A DNA stretch of 32,000 bases from Synechocystis sp. PCC 6803 substr. PCC-P (lineage in GTDB: Bacteria > Cyanobacteriota > Cyanobacteriia > Cyanobacteriales > Microcystaceae), in contig NC_017039.1 of the NCBI RefSeq assembly GCF_000284455.1, forward strand, positions 1,680,001 through 1,712,000, given 5' to 3'. How positions within the stretch are numbered: the first letter of the stretch is position 1; each line of letters opens with the position of its first letter. The notes beneath the pieces were generated by a model. It was not told where the DNA came from. It did no database searches and saw only the letters and a program-made list of their open reading frames with translations. Shown in pieces: positions 26,279-32,000 of this stretch. The position numbers and the translations under genes are program-made.

Positions 26279-27904
26279 TTGACTAAAGAAAAATTGAGCA
26301 CCATAGCAAGAAAAGTTTTGCCCTTACTATTGGGGGGCATTGCCATGGGTTTGGCAACGGCTCCTTTAGGTTGGACCTATGTAGCTTGGTTTGGACAAAT
26401 TCCCCTCTGGATTTGGATTTTTAGAGCTAACACTACTAGGCTTAATTTTACCCAGCTTAAACAATTTTTAATTTCAAGGTCACTAACAGCCATAGCTTGG
26501 GGAGGGGGATTTTATGGCGTGGCCTTATTTTGGATCACCGGAGTCCATCCCCTTACCTGGTTAGGAGTGCCTTGGTTAGCTAGTCTGGCGATCGCCGCTT
26601 TTTGTTGGTTAGCCATCACAGCTTGGGGTGTTGTCCTAGTATTTGTTTGGTTACTGGCCATGGCGGTTTGGGAAGTTACCACAGCCCGGACAAAAGTCAA
26701 TTCCACCTTTAAAAAATATTTATTTATACTTTGGGGCACCGCTAGTTGGTGTGGGTTGGAAACTCTTTGGAGTCATTCCATTCTCTGGTGGAGTCCTGTG
26801 GCCTATACCCAAAGCCCTAGTCAGTTACATTTTTTGCAGTGGGGAGCCATTGGTGGCCCGGCTTTATTAAGTGCTTTTATTGTGGCTGTTAATGGATTTT
26901 TAGCTTTAGGTTTAATTGATTTTTTAGACGGTAAAACTGTTAACAAAAATAAACAAAATTGGCATTATTTTTTAATTGCTATTCTCATTTGGTTATTCTG
27001 TCAAGGAGGAGGTTGGTTACTCTATCAAAAACCTTTAGCGGATACACCGGAGGAGAAAATTAATGTGGGTATTATCCAGGGGAATATTCCCAACCAAATT
27101 AAATTTAATAGTGAAGGTTGGCAGCGGGCGATCGCCGGTTACACAGAAGGTTACAAAAAACTAACTGAGCAAGGAGCAGAAATAGTACTCACCCCGGAGG
27201 GAGCCTTACCCTATCTTTGGGAAACGGTGGTGGCCAAAAGTGGCTTTTACCAAGCTATTTTACAAACCCAAGTGCCGGTGTGGTTGGGGGCCTATGGCAC
27301 TAAAGGGGATGGTTACACCAATAGTTTATTGACGGTGGATGGCCAGGGAAAATTGCTTGGTCGTTACGATAAGTTTAAACTAGTACCCCTGGGGGAATAT
27401 ATTCCGCTCAGTAACGTTTTTGGTCAGTTGATTCAACGGCTTTCCCCCCTTAAAGAACAGCTACTCCCAGGCGATCGCCCCCAGGTTTTACCAACTCCCT
27501 TTGGGCCAGCGGCGGTGGTGATCTGTTACGAATCTGCCTTTCCCGATCTATTGCGTTCCCAACTGTTACAGGGAGGGGAATTTATTCTTTCCAGTGCCAA
27601 CAACGCCCATTACAGCGACACCATGGCGGCCCAACACCATGCCCTAGACGTGATGCGGGCCATTGAAGGCGATCGTTGGTTGGCCCGGGCCACCAACACT
27701 GGACTTTCGGCGATAATTAATCCCCGGGGAAAAACCCTTTGGTTATCGGCCATGAACCAGTATGAAATCCATGCTGCCCCCATTTACCGTCGCCGGGGCC
27801 TCATTCTCTACAGCCGTTGGGGGGACTGGGTAGTGTTTTTATTACTGGTTGTCTCGGCGATCGCCTGGCTTTACCAAATTGTTTTCCCACTTAACCAACG
27901 GTGA
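26279..27904 (+). CDS. lnt: Apolipoprotein N-acyltransferase
   Basis: Polytopic N-terminus plus nitrilase-like domain: 'GIIQGNIPNQIKF', 'EIVLTPEGALPYLW', 'GRYDKFKLVPLGEYIP', 'AVVICYESAFPDLLRSQLLQGGEFILSSANNAHY' and 'RAIEGDRWLARATNTGLSAIINPRG'. Confidence 0.95.
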   Translation: MTKEKLSTIARKVLPLLLGGIAMGLATAPLGWTYVAWFGQIPLWIWIFRANTTRLNFTQLKQFLISRSLTAIAWGGGFYGVALFWITGVHPLTWLGVPWLASLAIAAFCWLAITAWGVVLVFVWLLAMAVWEVTTARTKVNSTFKKYLFILWGTASWCGLETLWSHSILWWSPVAYTQSPSQLHFLQWGAIGGPALLSAFIVAVNGFLALGLIDFLDGKTVNKNKQNWHYFLIAILIWLFCQGGGWLLYQKPLADTPEEKINVGIIQGNIPNQIKFNSEGWQRAIAGYTEGYKKLTEQGAEIVLTPEGALPYLWETVVAKSGFYQAILQTQVPVWLGAYGTKGDGYTNSLLTVDGQGKLLGRYDKFKLVPLGEYIPLSNVFGQLIQRLSPLKEQLLPGDRPQVLPTPFGPAAVVICYESAFPDLLRSQLLQGGEFILSSANNAHYSDTMAAQHHALDVMRAIEGDRWLARATNTGLSAIINPRGKTLWLSAMNQYEIHAAPIYRRRGLILYSRWGDWVVFLLLVVSAIAWLYQIVFPLNQR

Positions 27905-28182
27905 AAAATACTGAAAACATAATGGAATTAATTTTATACAGCAAGCCCGGTTGCCATCTTTGTGAAGGATTGATGGAAAAATTAGCCCAGATTAATAGCC
28001 TAACCATTGAGCTAGAAGTCCGTGACATCACCACTGACGAACAATGGTGGGCCGCCTACCAATACGAAATTCCGGTATTAGTGTGGCGATCGCCGACGGG
28101 GGAAATTACTTTGCCGAGGCTATCTCCCCGGGCCCCTGTTAGTCAATTGGAAAAGTTACTGCAACAATACGTTAATGGCTGA
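27901..28182 (+). CDS. Glutaredoxin-like (DUF836-type) thiol protein
   Basis: 'LILYSKPGCHLCEGLMEKL' CxxC motif with thioredoxin-fold 'YQYEIPVLVW'; overlaps the lnt stop. Confidence 0.85.
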   Translation: MKNTENIMELILYSKPGCHLCEGLMEKLAQINSLTIELEVRDITTDEQWWAAYQYEIPVLVWRSPTGEITLPRLSPRAPVSQLEKLLQQYVNG

Positions 28183-28214
28183 TTTCCCTGGGTAATGGAA
28201 AGGGTAGGCTTAGA

Positions 28215-29696
28215 TTGAACGCAACGGCGATCGTTCATTGCGCCCCCCAGGGACAACGGATGAATAAGTGGTTTAGTAAAAAGTTTTTAGCAACGGATAT
28301 TCGGGCTCCCCATAATTTCACCGGGGTGCATTTGGCTCCCCCCCAATGGTTGAAGCTGTTTTTTTTGCTAGGGGCGGACTTTACTGCCCTACTGGTGGCT
28401 TGGATTGTGGCCCACCGTCTCAATGATTTTTATTCCCCGCCCCCCCCGCAATTTGTTTGGTGGAACTGGTGGGGATTGCCCAGTTTATTTTGGTGCTATG
28501 CCGCCATCGTTTTGATTGTTTTTACCTACGCCGGTTTATACCGTCCCCAGACCCGCACTCAAAACTTTCTCGGAGTTGTTAAGCTGATCAGCTCCGTTTT
28601 TTTGCTGACCCTGGTGGCCAAATATTTTTACGATCCGGCGATCGACCTGCCCCGTTCCCTATTTTTTTCCGCTTGGGGCACCAGTATTATTTTTGTCATC
28701 CTAGCCCGTTTTGTAATTAGCCTAGTCCTCAGTCCCCTGGAAAGTCGTCAAGCCATTCCTATTTTTTTAATTGCTAGCTCCTGCCGTATTCAGCACCTTA
28801 CCGTTACTTTGGAACGGCGTTCCCAATACCGAGTGGTAGGAGTTGCCTTGGCCAGTACAGCCCACAGCCATCACACTCTGCAACAAATTCTGGCATCCGG
28901 GGCCCAGGAAGTTCTAGCGGAGGCTTTACCTGAAGCGGATTTAGCCTCTAGTTTGTACTGGCATTTACGAGGGGAAAACATTGCCCTAAGACTACTGCCC
29001 TCCAGCCGGGATATGCTCTACCGCCGGGGCATGCCGGAGATTTTTGCTGGTTTACCAACGGTGCGGGTGGAAATTCCTTTATTGGTGGGGTTGGATTACC
29101 GCCTCAAAAGAGCTTTGGACTATGGTGGAGCGTTATTTGGTATTGTGGTGCTTTCTCCCCTATTTTTGGCGATCGTTATTGCCATCAAACTATCTTCCCC
29201 CGGCCCAGCTTTTTTCCGCCAGGAACGGGTGGGGCTCCAGGGTAAAACCTTTCAAATGTGGAAATTTCGCACCATGGTGGTCAATGCCCCCCTGCTTCAG
29301 CAACAATTAGAAGCCGCCAACGAAAACGATGATGGCATCATGTTCAAGCTCAAACGGGACCCCCGCATTATTCCCCTGGGGCATTTTCTCCGCCGCAGTA
29401 GTTTGGATGAAATCCCCCAACTATTCAATGTGATGATGGGGCAAATGAGTTTGGTGGGCCCCAGGCCTCTGCCCCTGCGGGATGTGGAAAGGTTTGATGC
29501 TTGGCACCATATTCGTCATCAGGTAATGCCTGGGGTAACGGGACTTTGGCAAATTTCCGGGCGATCGGATATCGGTAGCTTTGATGACGTAGCCCGACTA
29601 GATTTGTACTATATTGATAACTGGTCATTAAATCTTGATTGGGACATTCTGGTGGAAACTGTCAGAATATTATTGTTTAGGAAGGGAGCTTATTAG
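28215..29696 (+). CDS. Polyprenyl glycosylphosphotransferase (WcaJ/WbaP-like exopolysaccharide initiation sugar transferase)
   Basis: N-terminal TM helices and C-terminal 'KRALDYGGALFGIVVLSPLFLAIVIAIKLSSPGPAFFRQERVGLQGKTFQMWKFRTM' and 'LRRSSLDEIPQLFNVMMGQMSLVGPRPLP...RHQVMPGVTGLWQISGRSDI'. Confidence 0.95.
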   Translation: MNATAIVHCAPQGQRMNKWFSKKFLATDIRAPHNFTGVHLAPPQWLKLFFLLGADFTALLVAWIVAHRLNDFYSPPPPQFVWWNWWGLPSLFWCYAAIVLIVFTYAGLYRPQTRTQNFLGVVKLISSVFLLTLVAKYFYDPAIDLPRSLFFSAWGTSIIFVILARFVISLVLSPLESRQAIPIFLIASSCRIQHLTVTLERRSQYRVVGVALASTAHSHHTLQQILASGAQEVLAEALPEADLASSLYWHLRGENIALRLLPSSRDMLYRRGMPEIFAGLPTVRVEIPLLVGLDYRLKRALDYGGALFGIVVLSPLFLAIVIAIKLSSPGPAFFRQERVGLQGKTFQMWKFRTMVVNAPLLQQQLEAANENDDGIMFKLKRDPRIIPLGHFLRRSSLDEIPQLFNVMMGQMSLVGPRPLPLRDVERFDAWHHIRHQVMPGVTGLWQISGRSDIGSFDDVARLDLYYIDNWSLNLDWDILVETVRILLFRKGAY

Positions 29697-29823
29697 AGAT
29701 TAGAAAATATAGCGATTGTCAGTCCAGGAAAGTAGAGCAAAATCTTTGAGAAATAGGCGTTTCAGCCTTTTAAAAGAGACTCAATCGCTTTTCCATCAAT
29801 GGGTAGTTTTATTCATGGCTGAT

Positions 29824-30772
29824 TAGTATAACCATGAGACACTAGACTATGCAGTAATCTTGAATGACTTTATCTATGCTAGTACCAGGAGGTGCCTGCA
29901 TTCTCGCTCTTTTTAATGCACTAAAGTCATGTTCTATATCATTCAAATCTGGGGAATAAGTTGGCAAAAATAACACCATGTGTCCTGCGGATTCCACTAT
30001 TTCCCTAATCTTATTTTTTCGATGAATGGGGGCGTTATTCATAATCAAGATTGATTTGATTGTTAATGCTGGTATTAAAAATAATTAAAGCCATCCTTCA
30101 AAACCCGTTGCATTTAAGCTTCATGTGAATAACATCGTCGCTATTAAGTCTTTTTTTGTTTTTCTTCTTCTTGCTACAAGATTTTCTTTTTCCCCCCTTT
30201 TCCCCTGCTTTTTTCCATATACTCTTCCTCCTTTGTTAGACCATCCATAAAGTGAGGATACAAATTCCCCAAAACCAGCTTCGTCTATGAATACTCGACT
30301 TTCAATACCGTATATTAAAACCAATTGGCTCAAGATTTTCTGATATTCTGCTCGCTTTTGGACATCTCTCTCTTGATAAAGTAACTGTTTTTTTCTAGTA
30401 ATCTTCATTTTTTTGAATTGATAACAGAGTGAAGCAGGAGTTATACCAAATTTTTTAGCTCTTTCTTTTAAAAGCATATCAGGATTATTTTTCACATCCT
30501 CTTCCAATTCTTTTATGTTTATCTTATGCTGGCGGGTCTCAACTTTCGTTGCCGCAAGCTCTTCTCTGCCCAACCAGCGATAAATTGTTGCTCTGCCCAC
30601 CCTAAATGTTCTCGAAGCCTTTGTGATTCCATCACCACTCTCGATGAAATCTATAACCTTAAGACGTAAATCAAGATCGTAAGCCATGACTGATTTCGTT
30701 ATTTATAGATTTTTGAGTTATTCTTGCAACATGTTACCAAAAAAAATTAGCAAAACCTCTCATAACTAGCTA
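29824..30772 (-). mobile_element. Decayed ISY100-like element (IS630/Tc1-mariner), ~945-949 bp
   Basis: Transposase relic inside; similar diverged ends TAgtataaccatgagac (29824 onward) and, as reverse complement, TAgctagttatgagagg (ending 30772), each starting at a TA dinucleotide. Size agrees with the ~947 bp I recall for ISY100. Ends assigned by eye. Confidence 0.75.
29842..30687 (-). pseudogene. IS630-family transposase with two in-frame stop codons
   Basis: One frame: 'MAYDLDLRLKVIDFIES...RATIYRWLGR...VFIDEAGFGEFVSSLYGW...KKDLIATMLFT' *(TGA) 'SLNATGFEGWL' *(TAA) 'LFLIPALTIKSILIMNNAPIHRKNKIREI...FLPTYSPDLNDIEHDFSALKRARMQAPPGTSIDKVIQDYCIV'. 30687 and 30048 are in the same frame. Confidence 0.92.
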
Positions 30773-30877
30773 AATTAGCTATACATGTGTAAATTTGAAT
30801 GCATATTTGTAACTCACGGAGCCAATGTCCATGGGAATTCAAGTTTTGGGAAATTCAAGTTTAATCTCTCAGGGTAA

Positions 30878-30990
30878 ATTCCCCGCCCCTTGAGGCGTAA
30901 GTCTTAGAGCGGTAGTGCGTTCCGAAGGAAAAATTCCGTAATGCCCCGTTCGCTTGCGGCGGGGATATGAATTTTAGCGCTCCGCTCCCG
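30878..30990 (-). mobile_element. Possible solo IS200/IS605 (IS1341-type) right-end relic with omega-RNA-like scaffold
   Basis: Minus-strand reading ...atccccgccgcaagcgaacggggcattacggaatttttccttcggaacgcactaccgctctaagacttacgcctcaaggggcggggaatttac...: stem ccccg/cgggg, long-range ccccgcc/ggcgggg complementarity, and the GC-rich '..aaggggcggggaat' end seen at the 3' side of many cyanobacterial tnpB genes. No tnpB ORF present. Confidence 0.4.
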
Positions 30991-31161
30991 ATTTTTTACT
31001 GAACTACTTGAAGGCGCGTTTGAGCTTATCAATCCAGTTTGCTAATGCGGATTAGTTCACAGTGACTGACTTGACGTTGAAGGGACTTTAGCGTTCTAAT
31101 CGATCTAGTGGTTTCACCGGCTTTGCCCCGGTTGAGCAATCCTCTTTTTTTTGCAAATATC

Positions 31162-31437
31162 ATGACGGTTAAAGTTCTTATTCCGACTCCGCTACAAAAG
31201 TTCACCAGTGGTCAAGCTACCATTGATTGTGAAGCCGCTAACGTAGGGCAGTTGATTGAAGCTCTAGAAGCTAATTGCCCCGGCATCAAGGCCCGGCTGT
31301 GCGACGAAGAAGGCAAACCCCGCCGCTTTCTCAATTTTTACGTCAACGAAGAAGACATCCGCTTTTTGGAAGGTACGGATACAGCCCTGAGTGCAGGGGA
31401 TGAGGTAAGTATTGTGCCCGCCGTAGCTGGGGGCTAA
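31162..31437 (+). CDS. ThiS/MoaD family sulfur-carrier protein
   Basis: '[91 protein letters not shown]' ends with the diagnostic GG. Start set to the ATG at 31162. Confidence 0.93.
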
Positions 31438-31500
31438 CGACCGCCGATCGCCTGAAAATTCAGGAGAGGTGAAAACATAGTCCACCTCACAACTAACTGT

Positions 31501-31527
31501 CCCAGGGGATTCCTTCCTGGGCTTTTG
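31501..31527. terminator. Candidate rho-independent-like hairpin after the ThiS/MoaD gene
   Basis: cccagg-ggattcctt-cctggg followed by cttttg; 6-bp perfect stem in the convergent intergenic region. Confidence 0.5.
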
Positions 31528-31591
31528 TTATGGCAGGAAATGGGGGTTTATATTGCCCCCTTGTTTCCCTATTTTGTCCATGGGCGGAATT

Positions 31592-32000
31592 TTACACCGT
31601 TGCCAGTTGGGGTTCTGGACGTTTGCTGTTGCGTACTCCGGCGATCGCCTCAGCGTAATTGGGGGCATTGAACACCGCAGAACCGGCCACAATGGCGTTG
31701 GCTCCGGCCTCTAGAACCTGCCAAGTGTTATTGGGTTTAAGACCACCATCCACTTCGATCCAGGGATCCAGACCCCGCTCATCACACATCTGACGGAGAG
31801 CACGGATTTTAGGCAACACTTCGGGAATGAAGCTTTGACCACCAAAGCCGGGATTAACGCTCATGATCAAGATTAGATCGCAGACGGGCAACACATATTC
31901 AAGAAAATCCAGAGGAGTGGAAGGATTGAGCACCGCCCCGGCCTTTTTACCCAATTCCCGAATTTGACAAAGGGTACGATGGAGATGGGGAGAGGCGTTG
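31592..32000 (-). CDS. rpe: Ribulose-phosphate 3-epimerase, C-terminal part (start outside window)
   Basis: '[75 protein letters not shown]' is diagnostic. Frame remains open to 32000 ('[21 protein letters not shown]...'). Confidence 0.96.
   Translation of the reverse strand, partial: NASPHLHRTLCQIRELGKKAGAVLNPSTPLDFLEYVLPVCDLILIMSVNPGFGGQSFIPEVLPKIRALRQMCDERGLDPWIEVDGGLKPNNTWQVLEAGANAIVAGSAVFNAPNYAEAIAGVRNSKRPEPQLATV

Noticed and set aside
1-32000. CRISPR arrays, retron-like or phage regions
   Set aside because: No regularly spaced repeats, reverse transcriptase, integrase, or phage structural genes seen; only one short tandem duplication (1796-1839).

Overview
This 32-kb window reads as ordinary cyanobacterial chromosome. 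Gene content and order match what I remember of Synechocystis sp. PCC 6803; this is recall, not a database check. Well-supported genes include psaF/psaJ, tsaD, rimM, a UDP-glucuronate decarboxylase-like SDR, rsmI, miaA, cruF, ctaC (the variant lacking CuA), coaX, cruG, ndhL, a yceD-family gene, an LplA/LipM-like ligase, tRNA-Gly(UCC), an isochorismate synthase, lnt, a polyprenyl glycosylphosphotransferase, a ThiS/MoaD-like protein and a partial rpe. I did not find a convincing undescribed biological system. The most informative unusual signals are decayed mobile or accessory elements. (1) An internally deleted Rpn/DUF4351-type gene sits at 9959-10470. (2) An IS1-like transposase tail lies directly after yceD, next to a complete-looking IS701/IS4-like element whose transposase has an in-frame TGA. 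(3) An ISY100-like (IS630/Tc1-mariner) element carries two in-frame stops and a catalytic D to N change. (4) A structured GC-rich stretch at about 30.88-30.99 kb resembles an orphan IS200/IS605-type (TnpB omega-RNA-like) right end. Other points worth a look are a frameshifted coding relic at 1.43-1.66 kb, a 22-bp tandem duplication at 1796-1839, and the CuA-less subunit II. No CRISPR array, rRNA or defence cassette was recognised.
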